This document shows positions 18,191-27,498 of a stretch of 45,787 bases of DNA, piece after piece. A program made the position numbers and the translations under genes. The notes beneath the pieces were generated by a model. It saw only the letters and a program-made list of their open reading frames with translations. It was not told where the DNA came from and searched no databases. The DNA is from Patescibacteria group bacterium (GTDB taxonomy: Bacteria; Patescibacteriota; Minisyncoccia; Moranbacterales; UBA2206): positions 1 through 45,787 of the forward strand of contig JAUPKF010000006.1 of NCBI GenBank assembly GCA_030837625.1, written 5' to 3'. The first letter of the stretch is position 1, and each line of letters starts with the position of its first letter.

Positions 18191-19234
18191 ATGAGTCAAA
18201 AGTTTATCACAATTAGAAGCAGGAAAATTGGACCGGAGTTTCCACCTCTGGTAATTGCAGAAATCGGCATTAACCATGAGGGTAGCATCAAGAAAGCCAA
18301 GCAGATGGTAAAAGACGCGCATTTGGCCGGGGCGGAATGCGTGAAATTCCAAGCTCACGTGGTTGAAGACGAAATGGTCCCGATTGCGAAAAAAATCATT
18401 CCCGGACATGCTAAAGAATCCATCTGGGACATAATGAAAAAATGCGCTTTTTCCGAAGCGCAGGATAGGGAGCTAAAGAAGTACGTCGAGAGTCTCGGGA
18501 TGATATATTTGTCAACGCCTTTTTCACGAGCAGGAGCTGATAGACTCAAAAGAATGGATGTCAAGGCTTTCAAAATTGGCTCCGGAGAATGCAATAACTA
18601 TCCTTTAGTTGAGCACATTGCTTCATTTGGCAAACCGGTCATTTTGAGTACCGGCATGAATGATTTGGCTTCTATAAAAAAGAGTGTGAGAATTCTGGAA
18701 AAATACAAGGTTCCCTACGCGATATTGAACTGCACTTCTATGTACCCAGTTCCTTATGACAAGGTGCGTTTAGGAGCGATTGAAGAATTGCAGAAGGCTT
18801 TTCCTAAGGCGGTTGTCGGCTTGAGCGATCATTCGATTGGAAATTATACATGTTTCGGAGCAGTAGCTTTAGGCGCTCGTATATTGGAAAAGCATTTCAC
18901 TTCTTCCAAAAAATGGCCAGGACCGGATGTTGCGCTTTCAATTGATCCTGCGGAACTCAAGGATTTGATTTTTGGTTCAAAAGCGGTATTTGAGGCGCTT
19001 GGTGGTGGGAAGAATATCCTCCCTGAGGAGCAAGGTATAATAGAATTTGCTTATGCTTGCGTGGTTTCGATCAAAGAAATAAAGAGAGGTGAAAAATTCA
19101 GCAGAGAAAACATCTGGGTAAAGCGTCCGGGAACCGGGGAAATTAAAGCAGTGGAATTTGATAGAATTTTGGGAAGAAAATCTTCCAGAGATATTGAAAA
19201 AGATGTCCAGTTGAAATTAAAAGATGTTATTTGA
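18191..19234 (+). CDS. neuB: N-acetylneuraminate synthase (NeuB/SiaC type) with C-terminal SAF domain
   Basis: AEIGINHEGS, STPFSR, KIGSGECNNYPL, GLSDH, EKHFT, PGPD, WVKRPGTG. Confidence 0.95.
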   Translation: MSQKFITIRSRKIGPEFPPLVIAEIGINHEGSIKKAKQMVKDAHLAGAECVKFQAHVVEDEMVPIAKKIIPGHAKESIWDIMKKCAFSEAQDRELKKYVESLGMIYLSTPFSRAGADRLKRMDVKAFKIGSGECNNYPLVEHIASFGKPVILSTGMNDLASIKKSVRILEKYKVPYAILNCTSMYPVPYDKVRLGAIEELQKAFPKAVVGLSDHSIGNYTCFGAVALGARILEKHFTSSKKWPGPDVALSIDPAELKDLIFGSKAVFEALGGGKNILPEEQGIIEFAYACVVSIKEIKRGEKFSRENIWVKRPGTGEIKAVEFDRILGRKSSRDIEKDVQLKLKDVI

Positions 19235-19250
19235 ATCAACCTAGCTTATC

Positions 19251-20411
19251 ATGAAACAAATAAAAAAGAGGAAAATTTTGTTTGTAACCGAACGCCGCAC
19301 TGATTACAGTCGGCTTAAGTCGATTATGGAAGCTGTACAGAAAAGCGAAAAGCTTGAGTTGCAGTTGCTGGTGACCGGGATACACTTGCTGAAAGATTTT
19401 GGGGAAACGAAAAAATTTATCGACAGGGACGGGTTTAAGATAGATGCGATACTGCCAATGTTTTCAGACGAAGATATCGACGACGGATCCTCAATGGTCA
19501 AAGGCCTAGGCAGAGTGCTATCCGGTATGCCTGATATTTTCAAGAAACTCAAGCCAGATATACTTTTTGCCGGTTTTGACATCGGCGCTAATTTTGCGGC
19601 GGCAATAACCGCGATGCATTTGAATATTCATGTGTCGCATCATGAAGGGGGAGAGAGATCCGGAACCATTGACGAGGTAATGCGTCATGCTATTACTAAA
19701 TTTTCCCATGTTCATTTTGCCTGTTCTGACCAAAGCGTAAGACGGATTATAAGGCTTGGAGAGGATCCAAGATATGTTTTTAACGTGGGCGTTCCCAGTA
19801 TTCAAACTATAAAAGAAATTAAATATTGGGATAAAGATAAAATTTTCGAAAAATATGATTTGGACTCCGGCAAAAAATTGATAATTTTTCTTCAGCATTC
19901 AGTAACGACTGAAGTTGATTCAGTCGAAGCGCAGATCAGGGAAAGCGCTAAGGCTATCAACGAAATTATCGATAAACATAAGGTTCAGGCAATTGCCATA
20001 TATCCCAACAATGATGCCGGCGGAAGGCGTATAGTTGAATTCTTAAATCAATCGGGGATAAAAGTGTTTCCGCATATCGACCGCGATGATTTTTTTCGTT
20101 TAATGAAAGTAGCCGATGCTTTGGTGGGTAATTCAAGTTCGGGGATTCATGAGACTCCAACTTTCGGTTTGCCAACAGTGAATGTTGGCACGCGTCAGCA
20201 ATTCCGGGAACGCGGTGGCAATGTTATAGATGCGGGATATGATTCTAGAGAGATAAAAAAAGCGATTGAAAAGGCTCTATCCGACAAAAATTTTTTGCGC
20301 AAATCAAGAAAGGCGAAAAATCCATATGACCAAGGCAATAGCGCTGAGAAGATTGTTCATATTCTGGAAACAATCGATTTGCCGCCTATTCAAAAGGTAA
20401 TAACCTATTAA
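19251..20411 (+). CDS. neuC: Second hydrolysing UDP-GlcNAc 2-epimerase (NeuC-like)
   Basis: TGIHL, HHEGGERSGTIDEVMRHAITK, YPNNDAG, GNSSSGIHE, VGTRQ. Confidence 0.9.
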   Translation: MKQIKKRKILFVTERRTDYSRLKSIMEAVQKSEKLELQLLVTGIHLLKDFGETKKFIDRDGFKIDAILPMFSDEDIDDGSSMVKGLGRVLSGMPDIFKKLKPDILFAGFDIGANFAAAITAMHLNIHVSHHEGGERSGTIDEVMRHAITKFSHVHFACSDQSVRRIIRLGEDPRYVFNVGVPSIQTIKEIKYWDKDKIFEKYDLDSGKKLIIFLQHSVTTEVDSVEAQIRESAKAINEIIDKHKVQAIAIYPNNDAGGRRIVEFLNQSGIKVFPHIDRDDFFRLMKVADALVGNSSSGIHETPTFGLPTVNVGTRQQFRERGGNVIDAGYDSREIKKAIEKALSDKNFLRKSRKAKNPYDQGNSAEKIVHILETIDLPPIQKVITY

Positions 20412-20416
20412 ATGTC

Positions 20417-21280
20417 ATGAATATTTTGTTGCTTGGAGGAACCGGTTTTGTAGGAGAATATTTGGCAGAAAAATTGAGCCGGAGAAAGAGCAATAAGGTT
20501 TTTGTTGTTGGAAAGGATGTTGCATTATCGAAAAACAACTGCGAAAATATTGAATATGTTCAACTGGATTTGACTGAGCAAAGCGACGAATTTAAACAGC
20601 TGGCTGACTCTGCTGATGTCGCCGTGATAATGACCCAACCGAACGAGAGAATTATTGATAATTTGATTTCCACCATAAAATCCACTAATCGCCTCAAGAA
20701 AATAGTTTATTTGTCGTCTGCTTTGATCTATGATAACTTTGAAGATAAGCAGAATGAAACTTTCTCGCCTAACCCAATGACGGATTATGAGCGGGGAAAA
20801 TTGACTGAAGAGCAGAAGCTTGAGAAATTTACGGATGATGCCGGCTTCAATCTGTGCGTTGCTCGCTTGTCGAATGTTTATGGGGATGTTAAAAACAGGG
20901 GCTTGATCAATTTTGTGTTTCTTTCTTTGCTGAATGATGAAGAATTAACTATAAACGGGAAAGGCGATTCGGTGAGGGATTATATTTTTGTGGAAGATGT
21001 TGTTGATTATATTGATTTTCTAATTTTTTGGGATCAGAAAAGAGAAAAAGAAACATTCAATATTTGCACTGGAAAAGGGTATAGCGTGATAGATGTAGTA
21101 CAAACGGTTGAAAAAATAGCGGGGAAAGAAATAAAAAATAAATTCAGTCCGGCGGTTCCGGAAAAAGGAATGATAATCGGCAACAATAAAAAAATAGTAG
21201 AATTATCAGGCATGAAACCGAAATACGATTTAGTTAAGGGTTTGAGGCAAACATATAAAAATTATTTGGCTAATAAATAA
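20417..21280 (+). CDS. NAD-dependent epimerase/reductase (extended SDR)
   Basis: GGTGFVG, LSS, YERGK (YxxxK), RLSNVYG, RDYIFVED. Confidence 0.88.
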   Translation: MNILLLGGTGFVGEYLAEKLSRRKSNKVFVVGKDVALSKNNCENIEYVQLDLTEQSDEFKQLADSADVAVIMTQPNERIIDNLISTIKSTNRLKKIVYLSSALIYDNFEDKQNETFSPNPMTDYERGKLTEEQKLEKFTDDAGFNLCVARLSNVYGDVKNRGLINFVFLSLLNDEELTINGKGDSVRDYIFVEDVVDYIDFLIFWDQKREKETFNICTGKGYSVIDVVQTVEKIAGKEIKNKFSPAVPEKGMIIGNNKKIVELSGMKPKYDLVKGLRQTYKNYLANK

Positions 21281-21297
21281 ACTTTTTTACAAAACCG

Positions 21298-22350
21298 ATG
21301 TACAAAAATGAATTCAAAGGCAAGCGCATATTGGTGACTGGAGGTACTGGGTCGATCGGTTCTGTTGTTGTCAAAGAGCTGCTGAAGTATAAACCTAAGC
21401 AAATTCGCGTTTATAGCCGCGATGAGACCAAGCAATTTGAGCTAATGCATGAAATCGGGCTTTCTCCGAAAGAAGTTAATTTTTTGGTCGGCGATGTGCG
21501 TGACGAAAGGCGTTTGAATATGGCTATGGAAAATATAGACATTGTTTTTCACGCTGCCGCCCTGAAGCATGTGGTATCTTGCGAAAAAAATCCTTTTGAA
21601 GCAGTCAAAACCAATGTTCAGGGGACGCAAAACGTGATTGATTGCGCCTATGCCAATGGAATTGAAAAAGTGGTTATGATCTCAACCGACAAGGCCACAG
21701 ACCCGACAAATGTCATGGGATGCACGAAACTTTTGGCGGAAAAATTGATTTTAGCCAGCTTTCTTTACAAAGGAGACAAAAAAACCAAGTTCTGTTGCGT
21801 GCGCTTTGGAAATGTTCTGGGTTCGCGCGGTTCTGTTATTCCTTTGTTTATAAATCAAATCAAACAAAAAAAACCCATCACGATTACCGATCCCGAGATG
21901 ACGAGATTTATCATGTCAATACCTCAAGCTGTGAACCTTGCTTTCAAAGCTTTGAGCCAGATGAGAAACAGGGAGATTTTCGTTCTGAAAATGCCGGTGG
22001 TGAAGCTGAAAGATTTGGCACAAGCCGTGATTGAGGCATATGAAGAGAAGAACGGACCGGGAAAAAGAGTCTTGACGAAGATTATAGGGAAAAAAGAAGG
22101 TGAACGGATACACGAGAAGCTGTTGACTGCAGAGGAATCTGAAATTGCCGTTGAGGCTGATGATATGTTCATCGTTTTGCCAAATTTGTTGAATCCTGGG
22201 TCGGGATATGAGTCGCTGGACGATACCCTAAAGCTTTATTCAAAAAGCAAGAAGGCCAAGAACGGTAGTTATTGTTCCGACGGCGCCGAATGCATGTCTG
22301 TTTCGAAAATAAAAGAGTTGTTGCTTTCAAATGATGATTTGAGATGGTGA
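21298..22350 (+). CDS. UDP-GlcNAc 4,6-dehydratase family (CapD/FnlA/PseB-like, Polysacc_synt_2)
   Basis: TGGTGSIG, SRDETKQ, HAAALKHV, STDKA, MGCTK, RFGNVLGSRGSV, GERIHE. Confidence 0.92.
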   Translation: MYKNEFKGKRILVTGGTGSIGSVVVKELLKYKPKQIRVYSRDETKQFELMHEIGLSPKEVNFLVGDVRDERRLNMAMENIDIVFHAAALKHVVSCEKNPFEAVKTNVQGTQNVIDCAYANGIEKVVMISTDKATDPTNVMGCTKLLAEKLILASFLYKGDKKTKFCCVRFGNVLGSRGSVIPLFINQIKQKKPITITDPEMTRFIMSIPQAVNLAFKALSQMRNREIFVLKMPVVKLKDLAQAVIEAYEEKNGPGKRVLTKIIGKKEGERIHEKLLTAEESEIAVEADDMFIVLPNLLNPGSGYESLDDTLKLYSKSKKAKNGSYCSDGAECMSVSKIKELLLSNDDLRW

Positions 22351-22373
22351 CGCCATTTTGTGAGTGAAAAAAT

Positions 22374-23369
22374 ATGGGAAAAACAAAAATTTTTTTTGCC
22401 TACAAGCACACGGACGAACCGTGGGGCGGGGCGAACAATTTTATTAGGACTTTATACAGTGAGCTGGAAAAAGATTCAGAATTTGCTGTTCACCACGACG
22501 CTGATTCCAACAGTGGTATTCTTTTTTTTAGTCACCTGTCATACGGACCCGGAAATGTTGCGCTTGGCAGTAGCAGGCTTTATCCCCTTTCTCTTATTAA
22601 GAAGTTGAAAAAGAAAAGCGGAGCAAAATTAGTAGTCAGGGCTGTCAATTTGAGGGTAAACTCTGAAAAACCCGGCTTGCTCGGACTGCCGATATATTTG
22701 AAAAACGGATTGATATCCGATATTAATACAATAAAGCTTGTTAATCTCGCGGATTTTGTCATCTTTCAAAGTGAATTTCAAAGATCTTTTTTTAAAAAAT
22801 GGGGCTACGGAGGCAAAAATGATACTGTAATTCATAATGGCGCTCCTGCAATTTTTCAAAATGATGATTATATCTCAGGCAAAGGGCATCATGAGCCGTT
22901 GCGCCTTGTTTCTAACTCCAATTTCAAAACTTTCAAGAGGCATGATATTGTTGCTAAAATATCTTTGCTGGAGGGAACGAGTGTGATTCATGTGGGAAGA
23001 TGGTCCGACAGAATAAAAAATCATAAAGTTGATGTGAGAGGGACTTTGACACACGAGGAAATCAGAGAAATATACAAGAATTGCGATTATCTATTACATC
23101 CGGCAGTTTATGATCCATGCCCGAATTCAGTCGTTGAAGCACTGCACTTCGGTTTGCCGGTTATTTATAGCAATAAAGAGGGGAGTAGCGAAGAATTGGT
23201 TCGGGGGAACGGTGTGGCAATTGACGAAAATGATTTGAAAAAAACAATTCAACTGGCGAAAGAGAATTTCACTGTCCTGAAACAGAAACTTTCCAACGAT
23301 AGAGGTTATTATTCCATTGGTAGAGCAGTTACGATGTATAAGGATGCCTTTAACAAATTTAAAAAATAA
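22374..23369 (+). CDS. Glycosyltransferase, GT4-like
   Basis: WGGANNF, IFQSEF, IHNG, DPCPNSVVEALHFGLPV. Confidence 0.82.
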   Translation: MGKTKIFFAYKHTDEPWGGANNFIRTLYSELEKDSEFAVHHDADSNSGILFFSHLSYGPGNVALGSSRLYPLSLIKKLKKKSGAKLVVRAVNLRVNSEKPGLLGLPIYLKNGLISDINTIKLVNLADFVIFQSEFQRSFFKKWGYGGKNDTVIHNGAPAIFQNDDYISGKGHHEPLRLVSNSNFKTFKRHDIVAKISLLEGTSVIHVGRWSDRIKNHKVDVRGTLTHEEIREIYKNCDYLLHPAVYDPCPNSVVEALHFGLPVIYSNKEGSSEELVRGNGVAIDENDLKKTIQLAKENFTVLKQKLSNDRGYYSIGRAVTMYKDAFNKFKK

Positions 23370-23373
23370 GAAT

Positions 23374-24039
23374 ATGAGTCATCAGGATTTTGAAAAATAT
23401 GCCGCAGAAAAACCTTTCAATTACTCGGTGCCGGAGAAATTTGAGGAAAATTTTAATAAATGCTTAGAAGATTTGAAGCTGTCGCCATCTTCTATGAAGA
23501 TATTGGATTTTGGTTGCGGCGATGGAAAACACTTTCATTTTTTTATTGAAGCTGGATTTTTGCCTGCCAATATTTATGGCGTGGAGGTTTCCCAAAAAAG
23601 AGTGGCGCGATGCCGCAGTATCGGGTGGGAAAAATCATACTTCATTGAAAATGACAAATTGCCTTTTACCGATGATGAGTTTGATATCGTCAATATGGCA
23701 GAGGTTATAGAGCATATTCCGGTCGAAAAAATAGAAAAAATATTTTCAGAATTAGTGAGAGTGACTAAGAAAAATGGCCGTGTGATAATAACCACGCCTA
23801 ATTATCCCATAAAACGCTTTTATGACTTAGCGGCTTCAATTTTTCTCAGAAGCTGGAAAAGGATCAAAGATGATCCAACACACGTCAATTTATTCAGTGT
23901 GAAAAAACTAAGATATTTTTTGGGAAAATATTTTGATTCCGTGGAAATTGTTCCCTACAAGACTGGTTTTCTATATAAAAAGTGTAAGAAGGATTTTTTT
24001 CTGCATAAAATGTTGGCTATTTGCTACACTAAAAAATAA
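23374..24039 (+). CDS. Class I SAM-dependent methyltransferase
   Basis: LDFGCGDG, EVIEHI, ITTPN; ATG at 23374. Confidence 0.87.
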   Translation: MSHQDFEKYAAEKPFNYSVPEKFEENFNKCLEDLKLSPSSMKILDFGCGDGKHFHFFIEAGFLPANIYGVEVSQKRVARCRSIGWEKSYFIENDKLPFTDDEFDIVNMAEVIEHIPVEKIEKIFSELVRVTKKNGRVIITTPNYPIKRFYDLAASIFLRSWKRIKDDPTHVNLFSVKKLRYFLGKYFDSVEIVPYKTGFLYKKCKKDFFLHKMLAICYTKK

Positions 24040-24050
24040 TTTTTGCGAAA

Positions 24051-25004
24051 ATGGAAAATAAAGAAAACAATATTTTTGAGCATATTGATTGTCCTGTTTG
24101 CGATGGAAATTCCTTCAAAACGGTTTTGAAATTTACGCCAGATGAATTTTTGAACGAGGAAAGAAAAAAATATTATAACGTAGATGTTTTGGGGGTCGAT
24201 CTGAAAACCAATTTTTTCATAAAAAAATGCAAAAAATGTGGATTTGTTTTTGTGAACCCGAGGCTGCGAAAGGATCTTTATAATGTTGTCTATAACGAGG
24301 CAAAGTCCGGACAGTATGAAATGAAGAGTTGGATGTTTGATAGTGGGGATATAGGGAATCTTTTTGCAACCTACAATAAATATAGAGAGGTTTTTCCGCT
24401 CTTGAATGTGTTGATTTATTTTGGGAAGTATTTTGAAAAACCAAAAAATGACGCCTATAAACAACTAAAATTGCTAGATTACGGATGTGGTATGGGGCAT
24501 ATACTTGATTTGTGCAAAACTTTTGGTATCAAAGGTATAGGGGTCGATATAGATTCATTCCGACTTAATCATTGCAAACAGAAAGGGTTGGATGCAAGAT
24601 TGCCGGAGGAACTTCCGGATGCGGAGAAATTTCACATAGTCATTTCGACGTCAGTTGTTGAGCATGTTAATGATTTGGACGCATACTTCAAATATATTAG
24701 CAGTCGGCTTATCAAAGGCGGAATTTTCTATTTTAATGGTCTGAATCCCAGGATCATTGAAATTGAGAGAAAAAAAAGGCTTTTCAAAATAGTTATGCCA
24801 TTGGAACATATCAACTATTTCACCAGAAAGACGCTATTGATGTTGGCGGAAAAATATGGTTTTGAGGAAGCGAAGGGCGGCGGGTATGGGGTTTTTGCGA
24901 TGAAAAACTCAATTCAATATAGCTATCCTTTTCTGAAGAGATTTATATTCAAAGGATTTTATCCTACCGGTAATTTTGAAGTTACACTGGAAAAAAAGTC
25001 CTAG
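24051..25004 (+). CDS. SAM-dependent methyltransferase with N-terminal Zn-ribbon
   Basis: CPVC...CKKC, LDYGCGMG, VVEHV, PLEHINYF. Confidence 0.87.
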   Translation: MENKENNIFEHIDCPVCDGNSFKTVLKFTPDEFLNEERKKYYNVDVLGVDLKTNFFIKKCKKCGFVFVNPRLRKDLYNVVYNEAKSGQYEMKSWMFDSGDIGNLFATYNKYREVFPLLNVLIYFGKYFEKPKNDAYKQLKLLDYGCGMGHILDLCKTFGIKGIGVDIDSFRLNHCKQKGLDARLPEELPDAEKFHIVISTSVVEHVNDLDAYFKYISSRLIKGGIFYFNGLNPRIIEIERKKRLFKIVMPLEHINYFTRKTLLMLAEKYGFEEAKGGGYGVFAMKNSIQYSYPFLKRFIFKGFYPTGNFEVTLEKKS

Positions 25005-25068
25005 CGTTATTCACTGCTTTGCTATATGTGGACGAGATGGTATTTAAATGGCGGAATTAGCAAACAAA

Positions 25069-26505
25069 ATGCTTTTCAACTCTATCAACTTTGCAATATT
25101 CCTACCCATAGTCTTTGTACTTCATTGGTTTGTAGCGAATAGGAGTCAAAAACTTCAAAACTTCTTGCTTCTTGTTGCAAGCTATTTTTTTTATGCTTGC
25201 TGGGATTATAGATTTTTGTTCTTATTGATATTTTCTACTTTGCTGGACTACCTTACGGGGATTAAAATGTATCAGGCGGAAAACCAGAGAATAAAAAAGA
25301 TCTGGTTATGGTTAAGCATCTCTATCAATCTTGGATTTCTTGGGATATTTAAGTACTACAACTTTTTTGTCAGCTCGTTTACTGAGGCTATTTCTCAATT
25401 TGGCTTGAGCGTGAACTCCTGGACGCTAGAAGTTATTCTTCCAGTAGGCATTTCATTCTATACTTTCCATGGCTTATCCTACGTTTTTGATATTTATAAT
25501 GATAAGATCAAATCTGAAAAGAATTTCATAGACTATGCTGTTTTTGTCAGCTTCTTCCCCTTGTTGGTGGCGGGGCCGATTGAGCGGGCAACCCATTTAC
25601 TACCCCAAATCAAAGCAAAAAGATTTTTTGAATATTCAAAGGCTGTGGATGGCTTGAAACAAATTTTATGGGGATTGTTTAAAAAGATAGTAATTGCGGA
25701 TCAATGCTCTGTGTATGTAAATATGGTATTTGATAATTATACTGATTACTCAGGAAGCACCTTGATTTTGGGAGCAGTATTTTTCGCTTTTCAGATCTAT
25801 GGAGATTTCTCTGGATATTCAGACATAGCGATAGGGACGGCAAGACTTTTTGGAATAGGTCTACTAAGAAATTTTGCTTTTCCTTATTTTTCGCTGGATA
25901 TCGCTGAATTTTGGAGGAGATGGCATATATCACTTTCTTCTTGGTTTAAAGATTATTTATATATTCCCTTGGGAGGCAGCAGGGGCGGAACATGGAAGAA
26001 AGTCAGGAATACTGCGATTATCTTTTTAGTGAGTGGATTTTGGCATGGGGCAAACTGGACTTTTATAGTATGGGGAGCGTTGAATGCTGCATATTTTTTA
26101 CCGTTATTGTTGACAAATAAAAATAGGAATAATTTAGAAATTGTTGCTCATGGTAAATATCTTCCGACAATAAGGGATGCAATGTCTATGCTGTCGACTT
26201 TCGGTCTGACTGTCATGGCGTGGATATTTTTCAGGTCTATAAGCGTAAGGCAGGCTATTGATTATATTACTGGAATTTTTTCAATCTCTGTTTTTTCAAT
26301 GCCAGAAGAAAAACCGCTGACAGTTCTTGTCCTGGTCGGTATTTTTGTGATTATGGAATGGATTGGCAGAGAACAACAATACGCTATTGCTAATCTAGGC
26401 GCGAGATGGAAGATGCCCTTGAGATGGGGCATGTATTATGCAATTGTTGTTGCAATTTTTTGGTTTGGCGATAAGGGGCAGCCATTTATTTATTTTCAAT
26501 TTTGA
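25069..26505 (+). CDS. MBOAT O-acyltransferase (AlgI/PatA/DltB family)
   Basis: MLFNS start, LPVGISFYTF, GPIER, DFSGYSD, FWRRWHISLS, SGFWHGA, FIYFQF end. Confidence 0.95.
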   Translation: MLFNSINFAIFLPIVFVLHWFVANRSQKLQNFLLLVASYFFYACWDYRFLFLLIFSTLLDYLTGIKMYQAENQRIKKIWLWLSISINLGFLGIFKYYNFFVSSFTEAISQFGLSVNSWTLEVILPVGISFYTFHGLSYVFDIYNDKIKSEKNFIDYAVFVSFFPLLVAGPIERATHLLPQIKAKRFFEYSKAVDGLKQILWGLFKKIVIADQCSVYVNMVFDNYTDYSGSTLILGAVFFAFQIYGDFSGYSDIAIGTARLFGIGLLRNFAFPYFSLDIAEFWRRWHISLSSWFKDYLYIPLGGSRGGTWKKVRNTAIIFLVSGFWHGANWTFIVWGALNAAYFLPLLLTNKNRNNLEIVAHGKYLPTIRDAMSMLSTFGLTVMAWIFFRSISVRQAIDYITGIFSISVFSMPEEKPLTVLVLVGIFVIMEWIGREQQYAIANLGARWKMPLRWGMYYAIVVAIFWFGDKGQPFIYFQF

Positions 26506-26512
26506 CTCAAGT

Positions 26513-27418
26513 ATGGGTTCATTTCTTAGAAGATTAATTTTATTTTTTTCCATAGCAATAGTCTTTTTTGGTTTAGCGTCATATTATTTAATAAAAAACA
26601 ACAATGAAGAGTATCAGTTTTTATATAGGTATCAGTTGGACAAGATAAAACAAACAAAACAAATTTCTACACTTTTTGTCGGGGATAGTTCTTTGGGTAA
26701 CGCTATAGATAGTGATGAATTTTCGAGATTGTCTTCACAATCGTCGATTAACTGCGCCTTAACAGGTTTATATGGCTATGAAGGCTCATACAATATTTTG
26801 AAAATAGCCCATAAATATCATCCAGAAATAGAGAATGTTGTCATAATGCAAACACTGGATATGCAAACTCGTCCTTTATCCTACGCGGGTTACATGAGAA
26901 CTACTAATTCCGCAAATGATTTTATGGAACTATCCATTAGAGAAAAAATCTATTTTGTTAGGGAATTCTCTTATTATGTAAAATCAATCCGACTGAATTA
27001 TTCGGCAAATAAAGAAAAGATTATTGAAAATGATTATATTCAACAAGCTCAACGAAAAGATGTCCCTTATGCTTATGTTGTGGAAGAACTTAATATAGGT
27101 GCAATAAATCCGGAAAAAAACAAATTTTTAGCTAGGATCGTTAAATATTGCCGAAACAATAATTTGAACTTGATTTATATTAACGGGCCTATTCATGAAG
27201 AAATAGCGTCAAGATCCGATTCTTATGTTGACACAGCGAATAAGATAATTTCTGAAACAGGTGTCCAGCTGGTTTCTGATATTGTGAGTATAAAAGAAAA
27301 TGATTTAGGGGACAGTGTGGATCATATTAGACCGGATTTAAAAAAAGAGTATACTATAAGGTATTATGAGCTAGTCAAAAAATATCTTAAAAATAGGAAT
27401 GAGCGTGTAGCAATGTAA
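26513..27418 (+). CDS. Membrane-anchored SGNH-like acyl-transfer partner (AlgJ/PatB/DltD-like)
   Basis: N-terminal TM; FVGDSS block I; D-x-x-x-H near the C-terminus (DSVDH); directly after the MBOAT. Confidence 0.7.
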   Translation: MGSFLRRLILFFSIAIVFFGLASYYLIKNNNEEYQFLYRYQLDKIKQTKQISTLFVGDSSLGNAIDSDEFSRLSSQSSINCALTGLYGYEGSYNILKIAHKYHPEIENVVIMQTLDMQTRPLSYAGYMRTTNSANDFMELSIREKIYFVREFSYYVKSIRLNYSANKEKIIENDYIQQAQRKDVPYAYVVEELNIGAINPEKNKFLARIVKYCRNNNLNLIYINGPIHEEIASRSDSYVDTANKIISETGVQLVSDIVSIKENDLGDSVDHIRPDLKKEYTIRYYELVKKYLKNRNERVAM

Positions 27419-27498
27419 TGGAATTAGGGTAAATATTCCATTTTTGGAATGTTGCCATGGGCATATTATTTCTATTAATAATAAAAAACAATGGCATT

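Noticed and set aside
21298-22350. Calling this gene pseB or legB and the locus Pse/Leg
   Set aside because: Met-type catalytic motif, and no aminotransferase or PseG/PseH-like genes in the window
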